In this document: positions 25,816-39,457 of the stretch, piece after piece
Position numbering within the stretch: the first letter of the stretch is position 1
Layout: each line of letters starts with the position of its first letter
Origin: Eledone cirrhosa
Taxonomy: Eukaryota
Assembly: GCA_964016885.1 (NCBI GenBank)
Contig: OZ024742.1
Location: 322,648,001 to 322,712,000, forward strand
Direction: 5' to 3'
DNA: 64,000 nucleotides
Position numbers and translations under genes: made by a program
The notes under the pieces: generated by a model
What the model was told of the DNA's origin: nothing
What the model saw: the letters and a program-made list of their open reading frames with translations, nothing else
Databases searched by the model: none

Positions 25816-27129
25816 AGGTTAACTGCTATATCAGAGAGGAAAGCCAGACTCTTAATGTCCTTCCTCTCTGAAAATACACTAGAAGTCTTCTGTTCGTCAT
25901 ATCACATATCACATATCCGTTGAAAAACTCATTAAATTTGTCACTGCATTATATCATTACTATGTTCATCATCATTATCACTATGTTTATCATCATCATC
26001 ACCACTACCATGCACCTTATCACTATTCAACATCATCACCACCATGACTATTTTTCTCATGATACACATCATCATCATCACTAATACCAACATTTTCAGT
26101 CATCTCTTATGACATACCTGATATCTGGTCACAGCTAGACCATCTTTTATCATAGTTGATCTTTATTAGGGCTGACTTGTGGTTAAACATCATCATCAAC
26201 AATAACAGAAGTAGCAATCACTAAAGGAACCTACACGTAGTAGAAATAGCAGCCAAATCTTCATTGAATTACATTCTCGCATCTTAAAAAGACAGGAGAA
26301 TTTCGATAATGTAAGCCCTATGTATAATACCCAATTAAATATAGACAAAAGAAAAACAGGCGATAGTCTCAGCTGAAATGCCTTTGATCATAGGTCTGCT
26401 CTATGAAGGCTGACCTAGGGCAAAACAGCAATGGCTAGAAGTAACACTTGAACATTTTGTTCTATTGAACTGTATCTGTACATTAGAATTAATCAAAGTT
26501 AATCTAAGATTTCCAAATAAGAAAAAGTAAAATATAAATAAAAAAAACATATATATATATATTGAAACACAGGAAAAAGATGACATAGGACCAAGTTTAC
26601 TATCAATAGCCATAATACAAAAAACTCGGCCTACAGTTGTAGCACTGTGACAGTAAAAGTAAATGTAGTGAAAGATGAGAAACTGTGGGGATGTCCAATT
26701 AGCAGTAGATAAGACAACCCTATTGTCATAATGGAACACACTACAGCACTCAATCCCTCCATAAAGACCAAGTCATCTTGAAGTAGAGAGATCCCTCTGA
26801 ACGTGTCAAGTATGGGACAAGGCATCCATCTGTAGAAACCATGTCAAATATGGAATGTATGACCAAGATGTATTCATCTAACCTGTCTAGTCTCAGAATG
26901 TGACAGCATGTCCAACCCATGCCAGTGAGGAAAATGGATGTAAAAATGATAATTGTGTATATATTAGTAGTAGCAGTAAGGTGACAATAGAGGTATATAT
27001 AGAAACATAGATGATATAAATGTGTAATAGACATACATAGTGTATGTGTGTGTGTGTATATATACACACACACACACACACATCATAACCATCATCATCA
27101 TAAGCATATGTATACCTATAATGTATGTG

Positions 27130-27160
<31 letters not shown>

Positions 27161-28566
27161 ATTTATTAAACCCCCCCTCCCCACATACAATCTATAAAAA
27201 TAGCTTTATTGAAGATTGGTAAAGAAACCGAATATTACTCATTCTGTTCATAAATGGTTCTGTATTAGTAACCATGGTGTTTGTCTACCATTGTCTGTCC
27301 AGTCTAATAACCACCGTGTTGGAGCCTGATCCAAACCAGTTTTTTTCTCAGTCTTGTCTGGTGAAATATTATTATTATTATTATTCCATGTTAGTAAATA
27401 GAACTAACTAAAGCAGAATCTATTTTTAAAACACTTTCTGCATTGTTGAGTGCAGGTTAGTCTGAATCATCATCGTCATTGAAGATGTAATCCTTTTAAT
27501 ACCAAACCATTTTGAAACCATCCTTGGTTCTAAAATACAAAACTGTTAGTTTGAAAGTCTTTATATTTATCTAAGAATCTTTTGTCATAATTCCATGTAA
27601 GAATTAAGTTTTGTTCCAATCATCATCACCATTTCACATAAATTTTTCCATGCTAGCATGGGTTAGATGGGTTGTCCTTTGTGGGCAATGCTAGGTCAGG
27701 TGACCATGTCTTGCACATACAGAACCTATTTTGGCTTGGTTTCCCTTCCTAACACCAACCTCATTTACAGTGAGTACTGGGTGCTTTTTTGTTGTCACCA
27801 GCACGACCACTTTACAGTGTGGACTCGGTGCTTTTTTTGTTGTCACCAGCACGACCACTTTACAGTGTGGACTGGGTGCTTTTTGTCATGTGCTTAATAA
27901 TAAAGTTATTTACATTGCAATTATTTTTTTAATTAGAAATATGGTAATGAAAGGGTTAACATGTTTATATCTATCTATAATTTTATGCAAGAAATTTTAT
28001 GTTCTAAAGACTAGCTTAACATTGAGAAAGTTAGTTATATTACAAAGTCTTTCAAATTCTTGATTATTTCTTGATTATTTTCCAAATTATTTGAAAATAG
28101 TAGGTAGTATCTTTCAATAGAAATATGGTAATGAAAGAGTCATGTTGGGATGGGTTGGACCCTTCATTAGAAACTAAGTCTTTGCTTAATCATAGATACT
28201 GTCCTTGTAGACTGGCTGGGAACCATGTCTCACTCAATACGTTCTTTTTTTTGCATGTTTTATACAGCTGGGTGCCCTTTTTAAAGCCATCCACTCTGCA
28301 GAGTGTACTGGGAGCATGGTTTATACAGCGGGATGCCCTTCCTAAAGCCAATCACTCTACAGAGTATATTGGAAGAATTTTATTGTGGCACCAGCACTAC
28401 AAAGGTTGTCATGATTTGACAGCTGGATGCCTTTCTTTACAGAGTCTACTGGTTGCATTTTATCGTGAGACCAGCACTAGAGAAGTTGTCATGAGTTAAA
28501 AAAACAAATAATTATTTTTAATTACTTTAGAACTTATTCTAATGCATTGTTTGCTTTTTCTTCTAG

Positions 28567-28644
28567 GATATTGATATGTACCATGAAGCCACCGACACAC
28601 CGGCGATGGCCCGAACCTCAAATCTTAATGAAGAATTGGGTCAG
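28567..28644 (+). CDS. ATP8A1: ATP8A-like exon ([26 protein letters not shown])
   Basis: ttctag / gtaaga; [12 protein letters not shown]. Confidence 0.96.
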
Positions 28645-29424
28645 GTAAGATTAACTTGTATTTTTGTCTTTTGAAATAGTGTTGTAGTTTTCTTGAAGCA
28701 ATGCAGAATATATAGAATACAGTCTGTTATAGGAGGTTATAGCAATGCAATTTGAACATTAAATATAAAAAATAACAATAACAAAGATATTGTAATGTTA
28801 CCATAGAAACAGAGGGTGTCTCAAGCTGTAACCTATTACATTAAAACATAGCTTATCTATTCAATAAACAGAGATTCATGAAATAATTTCGAAACTGAAA
28901 AAGTACTGAGGTTGATATAAATTGTCTATTAAAACCCTTGAAGTCTGTGCTCCAGTATGGCCATAGTCCAATGGCAGAAACCAATAAAAGAATATCTAAA
29001 TATGGAGGGTGGTCAGAATTTAAGAGAGCTGTAAAAAAAACTCACAATTTGTAAAGTGGATCTGGTAGAGAGTGTGGGCTGGGTGCTTTTTGTTGTGATA
29101 CCAACACAACTTTACAGTGTTAGGGTGGTGTGTGGGTTGTTAGGGCATGGGAATTGTATGGAAGGGGGAGGGAGGATACTGGTTAAGAAATGCATACTAG
29201 ATGTATGCTTCAGTCCATGCACATGGGAAGGTGGGTCTTCTGTATTGCTGCATAATGCCAAAGTTCTTGATCCATTGTCTTTGAGAAGTGCAATTGTGCA
29301 AGGTCAGCTTTTATTACCTCATCCCAAGTCTTCCAGGGTCTTCCTACTCTATTGTTTCCATTAACTTCGATTGTCCTGCACCTTTTTATACATGTATCTT
29401 TATGTATTATTAATGTTTTTTCAG

Positions 29425-29513
29425 GTAAAATATATATTCACTGATAAAACTGGTACATTAACAAGAAATATTATGGAATTTAAGAAATGTTCCATTGCAG
29501 GAATAGTTTATGG
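29425..29513 (+). CDS. ATP8A1: ATP8A-like exon with phosphorylation site ([30 protein letters not shown])
   Basis: ttttcag / gtaagt; DKTGTLT. Confidence 0.97.
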
Positions 29514-29644
29514 GTAAGTAAATACCTAAGCATCTCATTACTTACTGTAAGACTTTTGTTTTATTCATCTTGTTGGTGTTCTATTTCCTATTGTTTGTGT
29601 AATTACAAATATGTAGCATTATTTAATGTTTTTAAACATTAAGA

Positions 29645-29835
29645 GGGCGGTGGATTGGCAGTATCGGTAGAGGGTCGGACGCCATACTTTGGCGCATAGA
29701 GTTACGGCCCTTGCTATTCTGAGTTCAAATCCCACCGAGGTTAACTTTGCCTTTCATCCTTACGGGGTCGATAAAATAAAGTACCAGTAATGCACTGGGT
29801 AATTGCTGGCCTTGTGCCAAAAGTAGAAACAATTA
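29645..29835 (+). mobile_element. Full-length tRNA-like SINE (Meta/cephalopod-type core); further copies near 35440, 45715, 51720-52320 and 55284
   Basis: A-box-like TGGCAGTATCGG, B-box GAGTTCAAATCC, core GCCTTTCATCCTTACGGGGTCGATAAAATAAAGTACCAG; family name from memory. Confidence 0.85.
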
Positions 29836-29914
29836 TTTAATGTTTTGATATTTATTCATGCTTTTGTCTTGGAATTGTTTTTTAAATGAAACCAATATTC
29901 CCCTACTTGATATG

Positions 29915-30190
29915 TGACCTAGTGAGTAGAATATTGGTTTCATGGTTGTAAGGTCATGAATTCAATCACTGAACCAAGTGGTATGTGTGTCCTTGAGCAA
30001 GACACTTCATTTTATGTTGCTATAATCCACTCAACTGAAAAATGAGTACTAGCAGCTGAGGGTTAACTTTTGAAAGGACTGGAGTCCCATCCAGGGGAAT
30101 GGTCTTGTACCCTCAGTTACTTAATGCCACATGAAATCACTATAAGCTCTGATGAATCAATCTCCTGGCTTTGGACAAGTGTAATGTGTT
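29915..30190 (+). mobile_element. Second tRNA-like SINE family (copies also near 12340, 20225, 53590 and 59910)
   Basis: Shared TGGCCTAGTGG..GTTCAATTCC..CTTGAGCAAGACACTTCATTT modules. Confidence 0.7.
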
Positions 30191-30573
30191 TGTATGTGTT
30201 TTGGATCTCCATTGGTTCCAATGACGAGTGTTCCAGTTATTCAAAACATGAATCAGCCTAACAGGGAAATTAATATGCAAGTGCCTAAGCATTCCTCAGG
30301 CATGTGTATTTTTAGTGTAATTCTCAGGGGGATTCAGTGTGGTAGTTATGATTAACTTTAGCCACAACTCAAATAGAGCAATTGTGACCTGATCAAGTTT
30401 GTTGTCTTAGTACCAATATAGTGAATTGGTTTTAATTTAAATTTTAAGTGCTTTTTTTTTTTTTTTTAGTGTTAGAATTTTGGATTAGATATATTTCTTG
30501 GTTAGGTTTTTGTTGTTTGGACATGAAGTATTTGTCAAATGGTTTTGCTTGTGGTGTACATTGTTTTATTGTG

Positions 30574-30791
30574 TTAACCCTTTAGCATTTAAACCAGCCA
30601 GAATTCTCTCACCTCTTTTTGTTCAAACTGGCTGTTATTGGCCACTCATACTGATGTTAAGGTATTGTTCTCAAAATAAATAATATCAAAATCTCATAGA
30701 TTCGATATTATGTGAGATAATTATGTAAGGTAAAGCCTTTACCATGAAAATATAATAGTAATAGAGAGTAATGTAAATTCTAAAGTGTTAA
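30574..30791. mobile_element. piggyBac-type MITE
   Basis: TTAA on both sides, TIR CCCTTTAGCATTTA; inverted copy of 58013-58228. Confidence 0.85.
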
Positions 30792-31064
30792 ACATGATTT
30801 TATAGTTGAGTTATAGGTATTTTGTGTAGTGTGTGTTGGTTGGTTTGGGCTTGTTGTATTTGTTTACTTTTATTTTGTGTGGTGAGTGGGATTATGAGAG
30901 AAAAATTTTACATACACACACACTGCTCTGCATTGATTTATTTGTGACAGTGTGTGGGTATTTTAAGAGAGGCTATTCACACCATGAAGAAGCTATTTTA
31001 CTTATGACTCACCTTTTCTGCTACATTTTCACTCACCTTTTGTTTTATTTTATTCTATTTTCAG

Positions 31065-31125
31065 TTCCAATGTTGAAGATGAAGAATTCAATGATCCCTT
31101 GCTGTTGGAAAATTTTAACAAACAT
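31065..31125 (+). CDS. ATP8A1: ATP8A-like exon (SNVEDEEFNDPLLLENFNKH)
   Basis: ttttcag / gtaagt; restores phase; F.D..LL.N pattern. Confidence 0.88.
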
Positions 31126-32501
31126 GTAAGTTGTTATATTCCATGGTGGTCTTAACCATATTAGTGTTCAAATAACTTTTGGTCACCTTGAATAAGTTTA
31201 TATACTGGTGATTTGTCAGAGTTGTTCAAGCTTTGCATTTTATTTTCTGATTCACTGTGGTCAAATTCTGGTGAAGTCAACTTTGCCTTTCATTCTTTTG
31301 AGGGTCAAATTCTGGTAAGGTCAACTTTGCCTTTCTTCCTTTCGAGGGTTAAATTCTGGTGAGGTCAACTTTGCCTTTCATCCTTTCCAGAGTCAATAAA
31401 TTATACCTGTCCTTGGTGATGAATTGACAGAATTGTTAAAGCATTGGATAAGATACTTTGCAGTATCTATTGTCTCTGTGTGTTCTGAGTTCAAATCCCA
31501 CTACCTTCACTGGAAAAGTGGTGATTACTCTAGGTGTTGTGATCAGTAGATAGTATCAACAATGGAAAGACCAATGGAAACATTGTTTCCTTTGTCTGAT
31601 TTGATAATCAGCTTCTTTATATATGCCTTGAGGAGATGAAAATTAATGTTTCATGCAGTTTCCTTTGTTGGAGAGAAAGAAAATCTATTTCAATCATCAT
31701 CATTTTACGTCTGCTTTTCCCTGCTTGCAAGGATGGGACGGGTCCTCTTCAGCACAGCATGTCTCTGCTCATCATGGTCCTTTGTCATCTCCTCTGTGAA
31801 CTTCAGTAATCTGAAGTCAGCTCTCACCACCTCATTTAATGTTTATGGAAATACTGAAATTATAGTGCCTCATTAGCAACTTTATTTCCCCATGACATAC
31901 AAACTTATCCAAGTTTTTAAGTTTCAACATCATTGTCATCATCTTTTTTATGTCTACTTTTCAATGCTGGTATGAGTTGGACGGGTTGTCATGGTTTGAA
32001 CCTGTTCTGTCCTCCTAGACATGAACATCTATTTTGTACATTGCATTATTGTCATAGTTTCTACAGCTGAAAACCATTCCTATCACCAACCACTTTACAG
32101 AGTGGGTGCATGTTATCATAGAACCAGCACTAGAATGGTTGTCTTGTTCCTAACAAAACTAAAGAATACTCCCTTCCCTACTTTGCCTCAATTTGTTAGT
32201 CTGCACAAGGGAGGTTGTCTTGTCTCACGAAAGGTTAAAGGGGCCTCTCTTCCTTGTATTGTCATTGTTGGTTTGTTCCTTACTTCCCACCCACTTAAGA
32301 GGGTAAAGCTAGGAGGAAAGAGGTGATAGAAGGGAAAGTAAAGGAAGATAGCCAGAAGATAGTATTAAATGATTATTGCCCATCCCATCCCATGCAGACC
32401 ACCATGTCTTCTCTCAGGTTACTTTGTTTTAACTCTTTAGCATTTATATTACTCTATACTTACTATTGTATTTTCACAGTAAAGGCTTTATCTTACATAA
32501 T

Positions 32502-33918
32502 CATCATCACCGTTTTACATCCGTTCTTCCATGCTAGCATGGGTTAGACGGGTTGTCCTGTTGTGGGCAGTGTCTGGTCGGCTGACCATGCCTTGCTCAT
32601 ACAGGAACTGATTTTGGCTTGATTTCTACAGCTGGATGCCCTTCCTAACACCAACCTCATTTACAGTGACTGCTGGGTGCTTTTTCCGTGGCGCCTACAC
32701 GTCCACTTTACAGTGTGGGCTGGGTGCTTTTTTGCCGTGGCACCTCCACGACCACCTTGCAGTGGGAGGGTGTGGGGGCATATTGTCTATATGCTTCAGC
32801 TTGTACCCATGGGAGGTCGGGTACTCCGTATTACTGCGTGACGCCAGAGGTCACGGTCGTGTGTCATCGCCTTTGAGAGATGTAATTGGGTAAGGTCGGC
32901 TTTTATCACCTCATCCCAGGTCTTCTTTGGTCTCCCCACTCCGCGGTTTCCATTGACTTCTAGTGCTCTGCACCTTTTTATGCAGCTGTCATCCTTCATA
33001 TGCATCACATGTCCATACCAACGCAACCGCCTCTCCTGCACACAGCATTTGATTCCTCTTATGTTCAGTCTCTCTCTCAATTCATTTATGCTTTGTCGTT
33101 CGCGTATATTACTATTACACATCCATTGGAGCATGCAGGCTTCGTTTCTTTCTAATCTACGTAAGTCTTCCACCTTCAGCGCCCAGGTCTCACTACCATG
33201 TAACATTGCTGCTCGGATACATGCATCATACAGTCTGCCTTTCATTTTGAGGGAGAAGTCTTTTGCAGCTAGCAGTGGTAGTAGTTCCCTAAACTTCTTC
33301 CATCCCGTTCTTACCCTAGTTATTGTACTTTCTGAACACCCACCTCCGCTGCTAATTCGGCCACCTAGGTAGCAGAAGCTGTCTACTGTTTCTACAGAGC
33401 CCTCCCACAGATTGGTGGTACTTGTTTCCTGTGGCTGTTTGCTGCTTGCTGTCCCAGTACAACTGCTGCATGTGAAGCCTACATTCTTAATTAAGCTTCC
33501 TGAGATCCCGCTACATCTCTTGTGTACCCATTGTTTGCATTTGGGGTGGAGAATGGAGTTCCTACCTACACCTTTCCTACATACTGAGCAAGGCCATTCC
33601 CTGAGGGGATCTGGGTTCTGTTTTCTCGTCTACTTACAAGGACCTTAGTCTTTGTCAGGTTGACTTTGAGACCCTTTCTTTCTAGTCCCTGCTTCCAAGT
33701 TTGGAATTTCTTCTCTAGTTCTACCATAGATTCAGCTATAAGTGCGAGGTCATCAGCATACAGGAGTTCCCATGGGCATCCGGTCTTAAACTCCTCCGTT
33801 ATTGCCTGCAGGACTATGATGAACAGGAGAGGGCTAAGAACAGAGCCCTGGTGGACACCAACCTGTACGCTAAATTCCTCGCTATACTCATTGCTAATCC
33901 TAACTTTGCTGACATAAT
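32502..33918 (-). mobile_element. 5'-truncated RTE-type LINE with a Cys-rich insert after the RT core, inserted into a piggyBac MITE (32429-34073)
   Basis: GVHQGSVLSPLLF, YADD, WPCSVCRKGVG..WVHKRCSG, MLHGSETW; tail CCATGCTAGCATGG..GATGATG; TSD atct(t/c)acataat at 32490 and 33919. Confidence 0.9.
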
Positions 33919-34795
33919 ATCTCACATAATATCATATCTATGAGATTTTGGTGTTATTTATTTTGAAAACAATACCTTAACATCAATATGAGTAGCCAGT
34001 TACGGCTGGTTTAAACAGAAAGAAGTGAGAGAATTCTGGCCTGATACAGCTGGTTTAAATGCTAAAGGGTTAAATTTTAGTCACTTACATATATGTGTGT
34101 CACATTTCAGTAAACAAAAATATCTTAAGCTAACCTTAATAATCTCTCCTATCAAATTTATTTTTGCATAATCATTCTTAACCCAGATTTTTATGCTTGA
34201 GTTCACTTGGACTTCACATATCTAAAGAAAAACCTTTACTGGTGTTTATTTATATCACAATCCATCCCCATACATAAATAGCTGAGATAAGTTTGTTAAT
34301 TGTTTTATATCAGATTTCAAAAGATAAAAACACTAAAGATACCCGTATTAAATTCACCCGACATTTTTTTAATGCTGTCCAACCTTTGCCAGCACGGGAA
34401 AGCAGATGTAGAACAACAATGTTGATGATGATGATCTTTAGTACAGACTATAGGCATACATTAACCCTTTTGACATCTACCTGAAACTTCCCCCTGGTTC
34501 TATGATATAAAACTGTATGTTTTAAAGAATCTATATTTATTTTCAAACCTTCCAACATAATTTTTTGTAAGAACCCTTATGTTCTAAACAATAAGAAAGT
34601 TTATATTACTAAATCCTTCCAAATTCATTATTTTCATAATGATTTGAAAATTATAGGCATTGGTTTTCATTAGAAAGGGTGAAGCAATATTTTCTCTTCT
34701 CTTAGTAATTAGTCATTTCAATTAGATTTCTCATACTTACTGCATTGAATATGTTCACTTTTATATTTATTGTATTCTATATCTATTTATTAAAG

Positions 34796-34907
34796 GAAAC
34801 CTCTGCCAAAATCCGTGAGTTTCTTACCTTAATGGCAGTATGCCATACTGTAGTACCAGAGACTAATGGCAATGACAGCAATATTGTGTACCAAGCAGCA
34901 TCTCCTG
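34796..34907 (+). CDS. ATP8A1: ATP8A-like exon (ETSAKIREFLTLMAVCHTVVPETNGNDSNIVYQAASP)
   Basis: ttaaag / gtaaga; CHTV and YQA.SP motifs. Confidence 0.93.
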
Positions 34908-35324
34908 GTAAGATTTCTCACATTGAATTTACTTAGTTTTTATTCATTTTTGAATGGTATGTCTTAATCTGATCTCTTAATTACTTCCCTAAAAATTGAA
35001 AAATTATTATTTATATTTATTAGAATTGTTTTCGAAAGGCAAGTTGAAAATAAAGGAGTGAAAATGTGAGTAAAGTAAGACAAAACAAAAAGAAAGTTAA
35101 TACTTTTATCTTATATTTCATGATATTTCAAAATATCAAATATAAGGTAAGTGTAAAGTGTTATTTTGCCTTACTTTGCTCTCAATTTCACTCCTTGTAT
35201 TTTCTTGGCTTTCGTAAGACAATCCTAACCACATATCTCACAATAATAATTTTTTTTTGTTTTTCTCATTTCTATATAAACCCCGACTTTCATGTAACTT
35301 GTCTTTATAATGTCACCTTCATCT

Positions 35325-35352
35325 GATGCCCTTGTGGCAAATAGAAGAAACC
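35325..35352 (+). mobile_element. Tx1-family extreme 3' tail
   Basis: tgatgcccttgtggcaaatagaagaaac versus 10470-10497. Confidence 0.6.
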
Positions 35353-36686
35353 AATATTGATGATATTATTATTCGCCCTGAAAGGTTTGTGAGGGAGGAA
35401 TGTCCGGCATACCTTCCTGACAGTCCTATTATTATTTATTTGGTGGATTGGCAGTATCAGTAGGGCATCGTACAACATGCTTTATGGTAAATAGTTATGG
35501 CCCTTTACCTTCTGAGTTCAAATCCTGCCAAGGTTAGCTTTGCCTTTTATCATTACGAGGTTGAGAAAATGAAATACCAGTAAAACACTGGAGTCGATTT
35601 AATGAACTTTCCCCTTTCCTTCAAATTGCTGTGCCAAAAGTAGAAGCATTATAATTAAGGGTCGACCTTATTTGTCATTCTGCTAAAATTAATGAAACAG
35701 TGTCTTGTCATTCCCTTCTATCCCTAGCCTGAATGCATGCAATGGTGTTGTCTACCAAATGCCCCCAAAGGTGATGGTAAATCTGGATAGCAGATTAAGT
35801 CTATCAACCATAAACAGATACAGTCTACCCAATTTCACTTGCTAAGCTTGAGTCAACCTGTGATATTTACAAAGAGTAAATAAAACAAGGCATTTGATCC
35901 TCCACTATACCAAATCATTGCTCTGTTTGGAACGAGATGGAGTAAAAACGTCCACTGAATCTTAATAGAAATGTTTTGTCAGATATATAAATTAAGCAAG
36001 GATACTTCCATGGATGTGTGTGTTAATGTGCATAAATGACAAAGCATGGACGAGCTGAGAGAAAAAAAATGGGTATAAGCGGAATCAGATGACTGTGCTG
36101 GTATGGATCTATAATTTGTATAGATGATGGTTGTTGGGTGTAGATGTGCCAGGGGTTCCCAGCTGAAGGAAGATGAAGGTTGGGGGAGATTTAGATAGGT
36201 GTGGTCCAAGCAGATCTCAAGACACTGAATATCACAGTGATGATGATTAAGAACCATAAATGGAGGGTGGCTCTGCTAAAAAAGATCTGTCAAACTTATG
36301 CAAGCTTGGAAAATCATTACCATCATTATGTCTGCTTTCCATGCTGGTATGGTATGTCAGTCTGAGACCAGACAAGTCAGAGCAACTAGTCTTGCTCTTT
36401 ACATTTCATACTTGACATGGTTTCTATGGTTGGATGCCCTTCCTAATGCCAACCACCTTACAAAATGTACTTGGTACATTTTATCATGGTACTAGTATAA
36501 GGAAGGTTGTTACATGCTAGACCATGGTGAAGTGACCTCTCAAACCCTACATTGTTTCCGTTTACACTATGTTTACTTTAAGTGTCACAATGCTTGTATT
36601 GGTGAACTTAAAAGGATGATGATGATATTAATAACTTTGTTGGTAAATAAAAACTCATTGTTTCTCTTCTTTGATTCTCTCCATAG

Positions 36687-36769
36687 ATGAAGGTGCTCTT
36701 GTGAGAGGTGCCAAAAAGTTAGGATTTATTTTTACGACGAGGACTCCTGAAACAGTCACTATTGAAGTG
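36687..36769 (+). CDS. ATP8A1: ATP8A-like exon (DEGALVRGAKKLGFIFTTRTPETVTIEV)
   Basis: ccatag / gtgagt; DE.ALV motif. Confidence 0.95.
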
Positions 36770-38084
36770 GTGAGTATTCTTTTCCCCCTCTTTATTGTCA
36801 TAGTGTTAATACATTTAGGAGTAATAGGTGTGTGTGATGCATAATGAAGATGACAGCTGTATAATGAAATGCAGATAAATCCCAGGGGATGGGACTGTTT
36901 GGAAGTGGTAAACCTAGAAAGAGATGGGATGAAGTAGTGACGAGTTATATTAGGAAGCTGAATCTGTCAACACCAATGACAATGGACCATGTCGATTAGC
37001 GACATGTGGTACTGGAGATGACACACCCACTAACATAAGAATGTGACCTCACCCATTCATGCGCTCTCTCCACTTGAACCCCCACACATCTGTCATATAC
37101 CTATGGCATCACATTTGTCATTCTCCCTGCTCTTCCCTGCAACTATTGTTATTTTTCCATGATATCCTTTTTGCCTCCCACACTCTACTCATTATTGGGT
37201 AGTGAGAGTCCTTTAGTCAAACCTAAGACTTACAAACACTCTAGTGTTGGCACTACCATATAATGCACCCAGTACATGCTGTAGTGTTTGGTGTTAAGGA
37301 CTTCTAGCCATAGAAACCATGCAAAGGGGTTGAGGGAACGCTCCAGTCATGATACGACAAAACCTCTTTTGAGCTGATGCCATGAAAAATTCACCTGGTA
37401 TACAAGGTTAGGATGATTCTTCAGTTGTCAAAGATATAATAATCATCCTAGTGCTGGTGTCACGATAAAATGCACCCGGTGCACTATTTAGAGTGTGAGA
37501 GTATATGTAAGTGAAATACACATCCCCAGCCTATCTGAGAGGTTAGTAGCTTTGCTTAAGTACTCACTTGTCAGCATCTCACAAGCCGGTCAGTATTAAA
37601 GCAGAGCCTCTGACCTCTAGGGAAGTTGGGAGCCAAACATATGATCCTGCACTCTACTACATGGCACAGACACTAGGGAAATTGTCATGTGTTTGGCATA
37701 ACTGAAATGTCTTTACAACCCTTTGTTTGGCGAATTTTCTACAGCTCTATGCTCTTCCTATCACCAACCACTTTACAGAATGTACCTGGAAATCATTTAT
37801 TGTGTAGATTATCAACATCAGGGAGGTTATATATGGTACCCATTTATGTGTTGTCATCATCGTTTAACGTCCATCTTCCACGCTAGCATGATCGAAGCAA
37901 ATGTCTTTGTGTCTACTCTGGAGTTTATACATAACCTCACCTATTGAGTATACTGAGATGCAACTGGTACTAGCAGGGAAACCTTATGCTAGTCCCGTCA
38001 ACCTCTTATACATACATAAATGTGTGTGTGTGTATTAATAACTGTTATCCATTATCAACCATTATTATTATTATCCATTAACAG

Positions 38085-38134
38085 TTTGGCAAGAAAGAAG
38101 TTTATGAAGTCCTCAATGTCTTGGAATTTACCAG
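38085..38134 (+). CDS. ATP8A1: ATP8A-like exon (FGKKEVYEVLNVLEFTS)
   Basis: taacag / gtattt; LEFTS motif. Confidence 0.93.
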
Positions 38135-39050
38135 GTATTTTACACCTTTCTATTAACTATCTTCCTTGTTCTTTTCCATATATATAACATAGTTTGACAA
38201 TTTAGCGGCTATAGTGTATTATATATACATAGTATAATGGTTATAGTATAAAATACCGATTAATATTTTTCATATCAAACCACCAGCTCTGTGATACTAA
38301 ACTGTTCATTTTAGTGTTTCTATTTATTGAAAATCCTTCTATCATAATTTTATGTAAGAACCTTTATGTTCCAGACATCAGCTTAATAAATAGAATGTTA
38401 CTAATTTTACTAAATATCTTCAAATTCTTGGTTATTTTCAAAAGTATGGGCAGAGTATTTCATTAGAAATATGGTAATGAAAAAAATTAAGAATCCTTTA
38501 TCCAAATTCCCAAATACCCAAACCTCCAAAATCTGAAAATGTTTCAGGTGAAATGTACATATATATATTGTATTTAGGCTTAGATACCATCCCCGAGCTA
38601 TCCCATTTTATAGATGTTGTATATAAAATATTCCAAAATTCCAAACATTTCCCATCCCAAGCATTTCAGATAAAGGTTTTTTCAACCTTAGTATGTTGGC
38701 TATGGTTTAATAATATATAGTGTAATGACTAGAGTAATGTGATTGGGAATGTTGGCTAAGCAAGGTGTAACTCTGGAGATGTACAATCCATCCAACTCTT
38801 GCTAGCAAGGAAAACAGATGTTAAATGATATCAATGATATAATAGCTTACATATTATAATGTTTCTTTTAAAGTGATTATAGTTTAATGTTGATAGTAAA
38901 GTATCTATAGAAAATTTATCTGAGTGATTAATTCAGCTTTTATATTTATATCTTCTTAAGTCACAAGTTCATATCTCACTATAGACATTGGATTGTGATG
39001 GTCCTTGGCAAGAGGTTTTCTTTTTTTAACATCCTCAAAAATGATGTCTA

Positions 39051-39081
39051 ATATTTATTTTAAAATCATTCATTTTAAAAG

Positions 39082-39125
<44 letters not shown>

Positions 39126-39310
39126 ATATTATATATATTTCAAGGGTACCAAAACTTTGGTACGCTCTCATCAGATAAAATACAAAGTTTGTTTTATAAA
39201 TATTGACATAACCAGGAAGAAGATCTTAACGGTTCAAGTTTTTCCTTTTGTTTATATATATATATATATATTAATAGCTTTTAAAATGAATGATTTTAAA
39301 ATAAACATAT
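39051..39310. repeat. Inverted repeat (~35 bp plus TA tract per arm) enclosing a hammerhead motif
   Basis: tttattttaaaatcattcattttaaaagctatt / aatagcttttaaaatgaatgattttaaaataaa. Confidence 0.92.
39124..39183 (-). ncRNA. Minimal type I hammerhead motif with eroded stem I
   Basis: Minus strand: GTATTTTAT-CTGATGA-GAGCGTACCAAA(GT)TTTGGTACCCTT-GAAA-TATATA-TA-ATATCA. Confidence 0.72.
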
Positions 39311-39344
39311 ATATACAAAAATAATAAAATAAGGTGCTGAGGTT

Positions 39345-39457
39345 ACATATATTGTTTAATCATAATTATTTCTACGGTTCTCCATGCAATCGAGATGCCC
39401 TTCATGCATTTGGTGTTGATTATGAGAACGGTTTCCTCAGATGAATATCGATATATT
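39345..39457 (-). ncRNA. Degenerate type I hammerhead motif
   Basis: Minus strand: TTCAT-CTGAGGA-AACCGTTCTC...GAGAACCGTA-GAAA-TAATTA-TG-ATTAA; AUG triplet, probably inactive. Confidence 0.6.

Noticed and set aside
25546-25923. Thr-rich or Gly/Ser-rich ORFs resembling mucin
   Set aside because: Degenerate trinucleotide repeat inside an intron with no splice support.
29645-29740. tRNA gene
   Set aside because: A/B boxes belong to a SINE head; no cloverleaf, and the SINE core follows.
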